DNA of 64,000 nucleotides from Ferruginibacter sp. (GCA_039921685.1 JBDSBG010000005.1:260-64259), one strand, 5' to 3'. Numbered from the stretch's first letter, positions 38,494 to 49,221 are shown. The notes: a model not told the origin generated them from the sequence alone. Translations and numbers: made by a program.

Positions 38494-38566
38494 AAACTTT
38501 TTTGCAGCTAATTCATACTTAACCCTCTTCAAAAAGTTCAGGGCGATGTCATGATAAAAACATACA

Positions 38567-40654
38567 ATGGAGCATTCGCATAATATTTCAACGCCTGAAA
38601 CAGATCATTCAAAAATGAATCATGCTGCTATGCAGCACAAAGCAGGGCATTCATCGGGTATGACTGGCCATAATCATCATGCTATGATGATAGCTGATTT
38701 TAAAAAGCGCTTTTATGTGGTGTTGGTTCTTACGATTCCTATCATGATGCTTTCGACCATGATTCAACATTTTATCGGAATTCATTGGGAGTTTGTAGGA
38801 TCCCAATATGTATTGTTTGCATTGTCAACCCTTGTTTTTTTTTATGGAGGTTGGCCGTTTTTAAAGGGATTGGTTGATGAAGCAAAAGCAAAGAATCCTG
38901 GAATGATGTTTTTAATTGGTTTTGCAATAACAGTTGCTTACATCTACAGCGTCGCAATTGTATTTGGATTACCGGGAATGGATTTCTTTTGGGAACTGGC
39001 CACGCTGATCCTCATTATGCTGTTGGGCCATTGGATAGAAATGAAATCAGTTGCGGGTGCCTCCAGGGATCTCGAATTATTGGTACAATTGATGCCCGCA
39101 GATGCGCACATGGTCATGCCAGGCATGATCCATGATGTTAAAACAGACACATTAAAAATCAATGATATTATTCTTGTTAAACCTGGCGAAAAAGTAGCTG
39201 CTGACGGAATAATACTGGAAGGTGAAACATATTTGAATGAGTCAATGTTAACGGGTGAATCAAAGCCGGTAAAAAAAGTAAAGGGAGATAAAGTTATTGC
39301 CGGAGCTATAAATGGAAATGGCTCAGTCAAAATCACAGTTTCTAATGCAGCTAAAGACTCTTATCTCTCACAAGTGGTGAAGTTGGTGGATGATGCACAA
39401 AATTCTAAATCAAAAACTCAATTGCTGGCCAATACAGCAGCAAAATGGTTAACTGTAATCGCAATTGTAGCCGGGATAGCTACATTTTTATATTGGTACT
39501 TAACAGGCCAGTCTTTGTCATTTGCAATGGAAAGAATGGTTACAGTAATTGTTATATGTTGCCCTCATGCTTTAGGCCTGGCAGTACCGTTAGTAGTAGC
39601 AAGATCAACTGCCTTGTCAGCTAAAAATGGTTTGTTGATTAAAAACCGCACTGCATTTGAAAATGCACGAAAAATAACAACGATCGTTTTTGATAAAACA
39701 GGAACACTTACGATAGGAAAGTTCCAGGTTTCAAAAATTGTTCCGCTCGCTGCTGATGCCGGGAAAATAGAGGGAGCGGGTTCAGGGCTGATGTTAAAAG
39801 AAAAGGAACTCATTCGATTAGCTGCGGCTTTGGAGCAATATTCAGAACACCCAATTGCAACCGGCATACTTCAAAAAGCAAAAGAGTTATCTATAACTAT
39901 TCCCAAAGCAGAAAATTTTAAGGCCATTACCGGTAAAGGTGTCGAAGCGCTTGTAGATGGTAAAAATACAATGGTTGTTAGCCCGGGATATTTAAATGAA
40001 AATAATATCGCAGTTCCGGCTCAGTTTACTGCCAATGATACCGAAACAGTTGTGTTCATAATCGTGAATAAAGAATTAAAAGGCTACCTGGCATTATCAG
40101 ACGAGATCAGGCCTGAATCAGCAGCTGCGATTGAAACACTAAAACAAAATAATATCAGGTCAATTCTTCTCACTGGTGACAATAAGAAGGTTGCAAAATC
40201 TGTAAGCGAAGTGCTGGGGATGGATAGTTTCATTGCAGAAGTATTGCCACATCAGAAGTTGGAAAAAATTAAAGAGTTGCAAAGTAAAGGTGCATTTGTG
40301 GCAATGACCGGCGATGGAGTAAATGATGCTCCGGCATTGGCCCAGGCTGATATAGGTATCGCCATTGGAAGCGGCAGCGATATTGCCGCAGAAACTGCAG
40401 GCATTGTGCTGGTAAACAGCAACCCGATGGATGTTGTGAATCTTGTGTTATTTGGCAAAGCAACATACCGGAAGATGATTCAAAATTTAGCATGGGCAAC
40501 CGGGTATAATATTATTGCGTTACCGTTAGCTGCGGGTGTTTTGTATAATCAAGGCATCTTATTAAGTCCGGCTGCAGGAGCGGTGTTAATGACCGTAAGT
40601 ACAATCGTCGTTGCCATAAACGCGGGATTATTAAAAGTAAAAAAAGGGAAATGA
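38567..40654 (+). CDS. copB: Copper-translocating P1B-type ATPase (CPH, CopB-like subtype)
   Basis: His/Met-rich N-terminus, TGES, CCPHALGLA, DKTGT, GDGVNDAPAL, YN and MTVST TM motifs. Confidence 0.9.
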   Translation: MEHSHNISTPETDHSKMNHAAMQHKAGHSSGMTGHNHHAMMIADFKKRFYVVLVLTIPIMMLSTMIQHFIGIHWEFVGSQYVLFALSTLVFFYGGWPFLKGLVDEAKAKNPGMMFLIGFAITVAYIYSVAIVFGLPGMDFFWELATLILIMLLGHWIEMKSVAGASRDLELLVQLMPADAHMVMPGMIHDVKTDTLKINDIILVKPGEKVAADGIILEGETYLNESMLTGESKPVKKVKGDKVIAGAINGNGSVKITVSNAAKDSYLSQVVKLVDDAQNSKSKTQLLANTAAKWLTVIAIVAGIATFLYWYLTGQSLSFAMERMVTVIVICCPHALGLAVPLVVARSTALSAKNGLLIKNRTAFENARKITTIVFDKTGTLTIGKFQVSKIVPLAADAGKIEGAGSGLMLKEKELIRLAAALEQYSEHPIATGILQKAKELSITIPKAENFKAITGKGVEALVDGKNTMVVSPGYLNENNIAVPAQFTANDTETVVFIIVNKELKGYLALSDEIRPESAAAIETLKQNNIRSILLTGDNKKVAKSVSEVLGMDSFIAEVLPHQKLEKIKELQSKGAFVAMTGDGVNDAPALAQADIGIAIGSGSDIAAETAGIVLVNSNPMDVVNLVLFGKATYRKMIQNLAWATGYNIIALPLAAGVLYNQGILLSPAAGAVLMTVSTIVVAINAGLLKVKKGK

Positions 40655-43299
40655 AAAGATTTAATTTAATAATATTGATACTTACTATTGGTTGTTTTGC
40701 TTCTGCACAGGAGAGGCGAGGCGAGGATATGCCAAAATTGGGAACCAAAAATCAACTTCCTGTTACGTATACCTGCCCGATGCATCCCGAGATACATGCA
40801 AGCAAACCAGGCAATTGTCCCAAATGCGGGATGCCACTGGTGAAAGAAAAAACGAAAGCGAAAAAACCAGTTCCCATTCCTAAAAAACAAGAAGTCGTTC
40901 AATCCGCGAGTAAAGACTCCGTAAAAAAAGAGCCTGGCGCTATTGATATGCAAATGCCCGCAATCGATAGTTCCATGAAAAAACAACCCATGGAGGAAAT
41001 GAAAATGGATGATGCCGATTCTGGTATTGACAATTCCGATTTGGAAAATGCTAAAAAGAACCTGGGTTCTCTAAAGATGATTTCATTCAATAACTTACCA
41101 CATACGGTTCGTTATGATCTATACATAAAAGATACTGTCGTAACATTTGGGAAAAAGAAAAAGAGGGCCATTGCAGTCAATGGGCAGATACCCATGCCTA
41201 CCTTAACTTTTACAGAAGGTGATACAGCAGAAATTTGGGTGCACAATGAGATGAATGAAGAAACTTCTTTGCATTGGCACGGGTTGTTTTTACCAAACCA
41301 GTATGACGGAGTTCCTAATCTCACCCAAATGCCTATCAAAGCTCACACAACCCATTTGTATAAATTCCCGATCATACAACATGGCACACATTGGTATCAT
41401 AGCCATACAGAACTACAGGAACAAATTGGCATGTATGGAATGTTCATTATGAACAAACGCCAGGACTGGGATATACCCACATTGCCCCTTATCCTGAGCG
41501 AGTGGATAGATATGAACCCAAAAGAAGTGCATCGCAGTTTACATGCTGCGACTGACTGGTTTGCTGTGCAAAAAGGTAGTACACAAAGTTATGCGGAAGC
41601 AATTAAACAGGGCCATTTCAAAACAAAAGTAAACAATGAATGGAAGCGCATGAATGCAATGGACCTTACGGATGTGTATTACGATAATTTCCTGGTAAAT
41701 GGCCAGAATCAATTGGAGTACAAATCTTATAATCCAGGTGTAGATGGCCAGGCGTTAAGGCCACTAAAAGCCGGCGACAAAGTTCGATTGCGCATTGCAA
41801 ATGGCGGCGCATCCGATTACTTCTGGCTTTCTTATGCAGGAGGGAAAATTACTGTTGTTGCTACAGATGGGAATGATGTTGAACCGGTGGAAGTTGACAG
41901 GTTGATCATTGCCGTATCAGAGACATACGACGTGATCGTTACCATTCCAGACAATAGGAGCTACGAATTTTTAGTAACACCTGAAGATCGTACAAAGCAT
42001 GCTTCCTTATGGATTGGCAACGGTGAAAAAGTTGCTGCTGTAAAATTGAAACGTCCTAAATATTTTGCAGGCATGAAGATGATGAATGAAATGATGGACA
42101 TGAAAGGAAACATGATCGAAATGGAAGGTATGAAAATGGAAAATCAAGTGATGGATATGAATACCGTTATGTATCCCGAAATCACTGGCCCTGAAAATCC
42201 TAACGATGCTCCTGGTACAAATGAACACAGTATGCCGGGCATGTCCACGGCGGCCGAAGGCATGCCCGCTGACATCATTTCCCTGAATTATACTATGTTA
42301 AAAGCCACGGAAAAAACGCCGCTTCCTGCCGGCCCACTGCGGGAACTCAAGTTTGACCTAACGGGAAACATGAATCGCTATGTTTGGACCCTGGATAATA
42401 AAACCGTTTCAGAAACTGATAAGATACTTATTCAGAAAGGTGAAAACGTGCGTATTATTTTATACAACAACAGTATGATGCGGCATCCTATGCACCTGCA
42501 TGGTCACGATTTCAGGTTGCTGAACGGGCAAGGCGAATATTCTCCGTTGAAGAACATCATAGATATCATGCCAATGGAACGAGATACCCTCGAGTTCAAT
42601 GCAAATGTATATGGCGATTGGTTTTTTCATTGCCATATTTTATATCACATGATGAGCGGGATGGGCCGGGTTTTCACTTATAAAGACCAACCGCCAAATC
42701 CCGAAATCCCAAATCCTAAACTTGCGCAAAGAAAATTATTTTCAGATGACCGTGAATTTCATTTAATGGGCCGCGTTGGAATAGAAAATAATGGAAGCGA
42801 CGGTGAATTAATGTTTGCCCAAACGCGGTGGAAAATAAGCACCTTGTGGCATTTAGGTTATCACGATATGCACGGTTACGAAAGTGAAACGATGGTGGGC
42901 CGTTACATAGGGCGCATGCAATGGTGGTATCCTTATATTGGATTTGACTATCACTATAAAATGGAAGGCGGCCCGAAAAATATTTTTGGGAATGAAGAAA
43001 AAAACTGGTTCGGCCAAAAGAGTAATAAAAATAACCGGAAAACAGTAATCGCGGGTGTAGCCTACACCTTACCGTTATTATTTACTGCTGACGCCCGAAT
43101 TGATGGAAACGGAAAGTTGCGCTTCCAGCTTGGCAGAGAAGATGTACCTGTTACCAAACGTTTGCGATTCAGCATAATGATCAATACCGATAAAGAATAC
43201 ATGGCTGGATTTCGGTACATCCTTACAAAATACATTTCTCTTTCAACTCATTATGATAGTGACATGAGTTTGGGCGGGGGGATAACAATAACTTATTAA
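40651..43299 (+). CDS. Multicopper oxidase with N-terminal heavy-metal-binding domain and C-terminal barrel-like region
   Basis: YTCPMHPEI..PGNCPKCGMPL; copper sites HWHG, WYHSH, HPMHLHGH, HCHILYHM; Met-rich linker; aromatic-ending beta-rich C-terminus. Confidence 0.92.
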   Translation: MKRFNLIILILTIGCFASAQERRGEDMPKLGTKNQLPVTYTCPMHPEIHASKPGNCPKCGMPLVKEKTKAKKPVPIPKKQEVVQSASKDSVKKEPGAIDMQMPAIDSSMKKQPMEEMKMDDADSGIDNSDLENAKKNLGSLKMISFNNLPHTVRYDLYIKDTVVTFGKKKKRAIAVNGQIPMPTLTFTEGDTAEIWVHNEMNEETSLHWHGLFLPNQYDGVPNLTQMPIKAHTTHLYKFPIIQHGTHWYHSHTELQEQIGMYGMFIMNKRQDWDIPTLPLILSEWIDMNPKEVHRSLHAATDWFAVQKGSTQSYAEAIKQGHFKTKVNNEWKRMNAMDLTDVYYDNFLVNGQNQLEYKSYNPGVDGQALRPLKAGDKVRLRIANGGASDYFWLSYAGGKITVVATDGNDVEPVEVDRLIIAVSETYDVIVTIPDNRSYEFLVTPEDRTKHASLWIGNGEKVAAVKLKRPKYFAGMKMMNEMMDMKGNMIEMEGMKMENQVMDMNTVMYPEITGPENPNDAPGTNEHSMPGMSTAAEGMPADIISLNYTMLKATEKTPLPAGPLRELKFDLTGNMNRYVWTLDNKTVSETDKILIQKGENVRIILYNNSMMRHPMHLHGHDFRLLNGQGEYSPLKNIIDIMPMERDTLEFNANVYGDWFFHCHILYHMMSGMGRVFTYKDQPPNPEIPNPKLAQRKLFSDDREFHLMGRVGIENNGSDGELMFAQTRWKISTLWHLGYHDMHGYESETMVGRYIGRMQWWYPYIGFDYHYKMEGGPKNIFGNEEKNWFGQKSNKNNRKTVIAGVAYTLPLLFTADARIDGNGKLRFQLGREDVPVTKRLRFSIMINTDKEYMAGFRYILTKYISLSTHYDSDMSLGGGITITY

Positions 43300-43493
43300 T
43301 TGCGATGCACTAATCCTTTATCAACACACCCGGTCAAACGCTGTATCGAAGGAAGTACATGGCGAATAAACATGAATGCAATTCTTTTCTAAAACATTGC
43401 TTACATTGTGTTCTCTGCTGAACTTATGCAAGATTATCTGTGCTGCAAATGCGCTTTTAGCGGGATTTTTAACGGGAAGGTTAAGCCAGGCTT

Positions 43494-43847
43494 ATGTACA
43501 CAAATAAAATGCTGAATGATAACCCAAGGTTGACCAGCATCAAAATTATTCATACCCTTGTATGGATTTTTTTTAATGTGGTGATTTCTTACATGCTATA
43601 CGCAGTGCTTATTAATAAAATGGACAAATGGCTTTGGATAGGATATGCATTGATCCTGGCTGAAATTATAACACTCCTGTTCTTTAAATTATCATGTCCC
43701 ATTACAATCCTCGCACGCAGGTATTCGAATTCAAGGAAAGCAAATTTTGATATATACCTTCCTAACTGGCTTGCCAAATACAACAGGGTAATTTACGGCA
43801 GCGTTTTGATCGTCGTTATTTTTATAACAGTGTTTCGATTGTTATAG
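43494..43847 (+). CDS. Small membrane protein of unknown function
   Basis: Three hydrophobic helices, CPITILARRY and FDIYLPNWLA motifs. Confidence 0.6.
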   Translation: MYTNKMLNDNPRLTSIKIIHTLVWIFFNVVISYMLYAVLINKMDKWLWIGYALILAEIITLLFFKLSCPITILARRYSNSRKANFDIYLPNWLAKYNRVIYGSVLIVVIFITVFRLL

Positions 43848-43967
43848 TGTAAAATGCGACTACTAAGCTTCTAGCCGATACTGTGAATTGTGTAACTTTT
43901 AATTTGACCAGGGCGCTGTTTACCAAAGCCAATCTAACCTGGAATTTTTTTCAGGAAGCTAGGTATG

Positions 43968-44100
43968 TAATACCAATTAGATATTAATACTTGTCTGTCA
44001 GCCTGAGCTTGTCGAAGGTGATCTTCCTAACTAACCCGGCTTTGACAAGCTCAGCCTGACAATTCTTCGGTGGTGCAGCTTTAATTTCTATTTGGTATAA
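43968..44100. mobile_element. MITE-like element enclosing a REP-like hairpin
   Basis: Terminal inverted repeats TAATACCAATTAGATATTAA (43968-43987) and the reverse complement of 44081-44100 match 17/20; internal inverted repeat 43996-44017 / 44040-44061 (GTCAGCCTGAGCTTGTCGAAG type) matches 20/22. Confidence 0.55.
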
Positions 44101-44258
44101 AATGAGTATTCAACAGATTCCTTCATCAGGAGGAATGATTAAGGTACGGACCATTAATATACCATAAACTACCTTCCTTATTTACCGATAAAAACCGCAC
44201 AGTACAACAAATTTTCCGTCGTCAGTTTATACCGCTTTAATAATAATATTATATCTTA

Positions 44259-44723
44259 GTGATTATGGTAACTATAACTAGTCATACAGAATTTGAAGCT
44301 TATTTAGGAAAAGAATTGGGTGTTTCTCCCTGGCATACAATTTCACAGGGCCAGATCAATCACTTTGCAGATGCTACCCTGGATCATCAGTGGATACATA
44401 CGGATCCCGAGCGGGCGAAAAACGAAAGTCCTTTCAAAGCAACGATTGCTCATGGATATCTTACGCTTTCACTTGTTCCTTTTTTTTGGAAACAAATAGT
44501 AGATGTACAAAATGTGAAAATGGAAGTTAATTACGGCATTGAAAGTTTAAAGTTTGGACAGGCAGTGCTTGTTGACAGCGAGGTTCGTTGCCGTGTATCA
44601 TTGGCATCGATCATTAACTTAAGAGGTGTTACCAAAGCAACGCTGTTTATCCAGTTGGAAATAAAGGACCAGCCTAAACCTGCTTTTGCAGGTGATGTTG
44701 TATTTCTATACCATTTCAAATAG
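44259..44723 (+). CDS. MaoC-family dehydratase
   Basis: FADATLDHQWIHTDPERA, TIAHGYLTLSL, NYG..SLKF motifs. Confidence 0.9.
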   Translation: MIMVTITSHTEFEAYLGKELGVSPWHTISQGQINHFADATLDHQWIHTDPERAKNESPFKATIAHGYLTLSLVPFFWKQIVDVQNVKMEVNYGIESLKFGQAVLVDSEVRCRVSLASIINLRGVTKATLFIQLEIKDQPKPAFAGDVVFLYHFK

Positions 44724-44774
44724 TTCCGTATATTTTTTTGTTTCTAAATGATCATGTTTCCGGGGAATGTGATC

Positions 44775-45446
44775 TCAGTTCCATGCCTGCACAATTCGTT
44801 CGATGGTCCAGTAAAAACTTACAACAGCAATAAGTATTGACACTGGATACACAACTTTGTAGCGGTACCAGGTTTTATTCTTCAAAGGAAAAATGACCAG
44901 GCCGAAAAGCAGGCTGATCAACAAAACCTGGCAGACTTCTATACCAACATTAAATACCAGTATGGAGGTGAAGAATTTATCCCGGGGCAAACCGATCTCA
45001 TTCAGGGAACTGGCGAATCCCATCCCATGTATTAATCCAAACAGGAATACCAGGATAACCCGCCATGGCTTTAACTCCCTTAGTATAAGATTTTCGAGTG
45101 CAACAAATACAATGGATAAAGCAATGATGGGTTCAATCACCGGGCTGGGGGCCACTACAATTCCTTTCATACACAATGCAAGTGACACAGTGTGCGCAAC
45201 AGTGAATGCCGACGCCTGGTAAACAATTGATCTTAGTTTTGTATTGATAAGGCAGATGCCAATAATAAACAGCACATGATCCAGTCCTTCAGGTATTATA
45301 TGATTGAATCCCAATTTGAAATAATACCAGGACACTTCATGAATTGGAGCATTCTCTAAAGCATAATTGATCGTGTGCCCGTAACCGGTAAGGGCCAGGA
45401 ATAAAAAAAGTATTGAAATTGAAAATTGCTTCTTTATCTTTTTCAT
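44775..45446 (-). CDS. HupE/UreJ-family membrane protein
   Basis: LGFNHII..GLDHVLF, AFTVAHTVSL, EPIIALSI, FGLIHGMGFA, FNVGIE; start at 45446 overlaps the TPR stop (TAATG). Confidence 0.88.
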   Translation of the reverse strand: MKKIKKQFSISILFLFLALTGYGHTINYALENAPIHEVSWYYFKLGFNHIIPEGLDHVLFIIGICLINTKLRSIVYQASAFTVAHTVSLALCMKGIVVAPSPVIEPIIALSIVFVALENLILRELKPWRVILVFLFGLIHGMGFASSLNEIGLPRDKFFTSILVFNVGIEVCQVLLISLLFGLVIFPLKNKTWYRYKVVYPVSILIAVVSFYWTIERIVQAWN

Positions 45447-46792
45447 TATTTTTTTGCAAGCGATTGGGTACATTTAATTTTAATGTCTTCAGGGATGACA
45501 GGATCGTTCAATAAACCTTCCTGGATCAATTGCTGCCCTTTGGCTGTATCACCGTGCTGCATGTATATCAATCCCGCAATGCAAACCAGTGATGGATTAT
45601 TGCTTTGGGTTACAAAAGCCTGGTTTATATGAGTGAGTGCTTTAGCGTAATCTTTTTTATTGTAATACACCCAGGCCATTGTTTCATTAACATCAATATT
45701 CTTTGGACGGCGGTTGTATTCTGCCAGTGCATGTTCCAATGCTTTATCGATATTTCCTGTGTGTAAATAAACGTAAGCCATTTCCCGATCTGCATAATGG
45801 CCGATACTTGCATCATTGTTTTCCTTCTTCGCATTGTTACTCATTTCATCGATGAGTACAGCATATAATGAATCTGATGCTGCAGTTTTACCGTTGAGTT
45901 TATAGGATGCAGCGAGGCTTTCTTTTATTCCATAATCATTAATGGATGCATTGGCTAGCTTGTAATAATAAACAGCACTGTCATATTTTTTTTCCGCTGA
46001 AGCCAGTCTTGCAAGTCCGGCAAGCGCATATGCATAGCCGGGCCTAACAGCCAGGGATAGTTGGTATTCAAACAAGGCACTTTTAATGTCGCCGGTTCCT
46101 TCATACAGTTTTCCTAATTGTACCCGGCACCATTCCGTGGATTCCTGTCCTGTTGCGCCGGCAGTTATCGCCATTTTCATTGCGTCTATTGCTCCGGGAT
46201 AGTCACCATGAATTTCTCTTAAATATGCGATGCGGGAGTATGATCTGAGATCCGGGCGGATAGAAACCATTTTGTCAGCAGCAGCTACTGCGGCTGAATA
46301 ATTTCCCATTTCAACATTTCCATCTATTATTAAACCATAAACAAAGGCATTCTCAGGATTTATTTTTTGTGCTGCCTCGGCAGATGCCAGGCCATCAGCA
46401 AAATGATGTTGTGATAAATAAAGTAATGATTTCAACATAAGCGCTTCAAAGTTGGATGCATCTGATGCTAAGATCTTGTTTACAACCGTCATCGCCGCCT
46501 GGTCATAGTAGGCGTTGTTACCCGTTACTCTTGATTCAGAAATATAAGCATTGGCGAGTGCAATCGCGGATTTTGAATCAGTTGGGTTCTTTTTTAGTTT
46601 GGCCAGCAGGTTATCAATATTTTTCCTGGCAAACAGCCATTCAGCATTATTGGCTTCTCCTGATTTACGTGGCAACAATGTATATTCCTTATTCGCAATC
46701 GCTGCTTCCTTGCTCTTATATTTTAATACAACAAAGCCAACTGTAGCCAAAAAAAGCGTGATAAGCGTTATATATAAATAATTTTTTTTCAT
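45446..46792 (-). CDS. Tetratricopeptide-repeat protein with N-terminal membrane anchor
   Basis: N-terminal TM segment then successive TPR helical pairs. Confidence 0.85.
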   Translation of the reverse strand: MKKNYLYITLITLFLATVGFVVLKYKSKEAAIANKEYTLLPRKSGEANNAEWLFARKNIDNLLAKLKKNPTDSKSAIALANAYISESRVTGNNAYYDQAAMTVVNKILASDASNFEALMLKSLLYLSQHHFADGLASAEAAQKINPENAFVYGLIIDGNVEMGNYSAAVAAADKMVSIRPDLRSYSRIAYLREIHGDYPGAIDAMKMAITAGATGQESTEWCRVQLGKLYEGTGDIKSALFEYQLSLAVRPGYAYALAGLARLASAEKKYDSAVYYYKLANASINDYGIKESLAASYKLNGKTAASDSLYAVLIDEMSNNAKKENNDASIGHYADREMAYVYLHTGNIDKALEHALAEYNRRPKNIDVNETMAWVYYNKKDYAKALTHINQAFVTQSNNPSLVCIAGLIYMQHGDTAKGQQLIQEGLLNDPVIPEDIKIKCTQSLAKK

Positions 46793-47030
46793 TTTAGTTG
46801 TTTTTTATATTTAAGGGGTAATGATGTGCTGGTAGTTTGAGTATTTGCAATTGTTATTTGGTATTGAGCGTGTTGTGCATTTGACAAATAGAGTTCTTTG
46901 GAAGATATCGCTTCCGACAAGCCCGCGTGGCGGTTCCTGCCAGGCCGAACTTGCCGAACAGGTAGAAGCGATACACATAGGAAAAAATATTTTCATTATC
47001 ACAACACGCTAATATTATTATGAAACGAAG

Positions 47031-47059
47031 GGAGGTTATTTGATATTCAAATAACCTCC
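47031..47059. terminator. 13-bp perfect hairpin downstream of the DUF4331 gene
   Basis: GGAGGTTATTTGA-TAT-TCAAATAACCTCC. Confidence 0.6.
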
Positions 47060-47067
47060 GGTTGTTT

Positions 47068-49221
47068 TTATCCCTTCACAACACGAAGTGTTTGTTTTAC
47101 TTCGCCATTTTTAGAAACTTGTATAAAATAGATGCCTTTTACTAAATTCTTTCCATTAAAAGACTGGGTATAAGTTCCTGCATTTTGTTTTTTATTCACC
47201 AATGCAGTTACAAATTTTCCTTGTTCGTCAAACACAGAGATACTTACCTGTGTTGGAGATTCAACACGATATTGAATGGTAGTGCTTTCAACAAATGGAT
47301 TGGGTGATGTATTTGCAAAAATCTCAGGTGCTGCCAGGTTAAGCGTTTTACCAGCAGTTGGATTTACATTCCCATAGTTACCACGTTGTGTTGATCTGGG
47401 TGCAGGTGCGGTTCCGCAATCACAGTTATGAGTACCCGCCCATGGAGTTTGAACGTAGGGGAATACTGATTTAAATCCTGTATCATTTGCTTCAACTCCT
47501 GTGCTGTAAGTTAATACATTTACAAGTTGTGGCGTAACCGGGCTGGCACTTGTTGCAGGATTGTAGTCATCATACCACAAACCAATTGCTGCCAGTACAA
47601 CACCACCAACCGCCTGCAACTCTATTCTCGTTACATCATCTTCAAGCCTTCTTCCATTGGGAAATCCATCCATGTTGGGGATAAACTGGATGTCGGTAGT
47701 TGTATTAAATCGTGAATCAGTAAGGCCCAACACTGCTGCGCTAACCAGTCCTTCTGAACTAAAATCAGGAGAATTTCTTGGTGTTGCTGGTACAGCCATA
47801 TTTAATCGCAACATGTCACCACCATTTGGTAAGAAGTTATTGATAAATGGTTTTCCCGAAGCAAGTGGGTTTCCTGCTTTTCCAGTTGCCAACTGGTATG
47901 GAGCAAGGTTTGGAACACCTGTATGAAATATCGGCCAAAGATCTACAGAGCGTGGTTGATTGGCTGCCGGCAATAACAAGCTTCCGAAATTTGCTTCGCT
48001 CAATGCTGTGCCATCTAATGCAGCATTTCCTTTTAAACCATATAAACCATTTTGTCCATTGGCAAATCCAAATGCTCCCAATGAATTCTTTTGTATTCTT
48101 AATGGCGAAAATGCAGGAACGGCAGTACCAAATTGTGCATCATCCATGTACAGCGCCAGTTCCGGGTTGTAAAAATAATTTCCAAAAGTGCTGATGTTTG
48201 CAAGATCCTGGTATGGTGTAAGGCGGTTCCAAAGATCTTTGTTTCCAATGGGCACCACAGCTTCATTGGTCAAAGGCATGCCGAGCCTTGAAACCTGGAC
48301 CCATGGGCCGGAATGAGTAACACCATTGTTATCACGATCATCATCGTTAAGCAGGATAAGCCTGTCATGATCACTGCTGGTTCTTGATGGCCTGATATCA
48401 TTTAGTACAGTAATTTTTTGCCTGCTTGCAGAAGCCCATACGCCAATCACATAATTTGGATCAAGAATGCTGCTGCATTGACTGATTGAATGATGATCTT
48501 TTTGTAAAGTTGCCACATCTATTTCCATTGCGATGGTAGAAACGTTTGTACATTTCAATCCATCAACAGTTTGCGAAGGGCCCTGGCGTGGAGCATCACC
48601 AAGATCGAAGATACCACCGAGGTCAACAAAGAACGGATCATCAACGGGCCCGGCAAAAACCTTTTCACCAGTTCTCGTTGTCTTGATTGCCTGGGTCATC
48701 AAAGTTTCATAGTCAGGTGCGTTTAAGCCTACAGGTGAGCTAATTGAACGTGGGCCAATGTTCGGTGGAGGTACAACTCCTTTTGTAAGAATGGTTGAAA
48801 AATATCTTCCTCCATTTGTGCTTCTTTCTACCGTATAACTGGTTTTAAGATTTTCTTTTCCCAATCTTATATTGAAAAAAGTAGTAGGATCCTCATTTTG
48901 TCTTTTAAAGTTGAAACGATAAATGATATCATCACCGTTGGTGTTGATATTATTATCAATGTGAATTTCATACCGTACATCTTCGCTGAAGTGAAAATAG
49001 TTTGGCCCTCCCTGTGGTGCCTGGAATGGAATGTAATTGGCAATGATGACGATCTTGTTAGGATCATTAGGGCTTTTGAAAGCATAAACATCCGTATTGT
49101 CGGCAAGGGGATCATCAGCGATCATTGGCGCTTCCCGGTGGCTGGAAGCAAACGCCGGGATGGGAAACATGTTCACCAGCATCAGGCACGAAAGTACCGT
49201 TGCATAAATTTTTCTTTTCAT
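47068..49221 (-). CDS. DUF4331-family protein with T9SS type A sorting domain
   Basis: ASSHREAP..DNTDVYAF, GPVDDPFFVDL, QVSRLGMPLTNE, GFPNGRRLEDDV; C-terminal SPNPF...KGIYFIQV...LRVVKG. Confidence 0.88.
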   Translation of the reverse strand: MKRKIYATVLSCLMLVNMFPIPAFASSHREAPMIADDPLADNTDVYAFKSPNDPNKIVIIANYIPFQAPQGGPNYFHFSEDVRYEIHIDNNINTNGDDIIYRFNFKRQNEDPTTFFNIRLGKENLKTSYTVERSTNGGRYFSTILTKGVVPPPNIGPRSISSPVGLNAPDYETLMTQAIKTTRTGEKVFAGPVDDPFFVDLGGIFDLGDAPRQGPSQTVDGLKCTNVSTIAMEIDVATLQKDHHSISQCSSILDPNYVIGVWASASRQKITVLNDIRPSRTSSDHDRLILLNDDDRDNNGVTHSGPWVQVSRLGMPLTNEAVVPIGNKDLWNRLTPYQDLANISTFGNYFYNPELALYMDDAQFGTAVPAFSPLRIQKNSLGAFGFANGQNGLYGLKGNAALDGTALSEANFGSLLLPAANQPRSVDLWPIFHTGVPNLAPYQLATGKAGNPLASGKPFINNFLPNGGDMLRLNMAVPATPRNSPDFSSEGLVSAAVLGLTDSRFNTTTDIQFIPNMDGFPNGRRLEDDVTRIELQAVGGVVLAAIGLWYDDYNPATSASPVTPQLVNVLTYSTGVEANDTGFKSVFPYVQTPWAGTHNCDCGTAPAPRSTQRGNYGNVNPTAGKTLNLAAPEIFANTSPNPFVESTTIQYRVESPTQVSISVFDEQGKFVTALVNKKQNAGTYTQSFNGKNLVKGIYFIQVSKNGEVKQTLRVVKG

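Noticed and set aside
46811-47002. 63-aa Cys-containing ORF between the DUF4331 and TPR genes
   Set aside because: No recognisable motif or signal and the Cys residues are scattered; cannot be supported as a gene.
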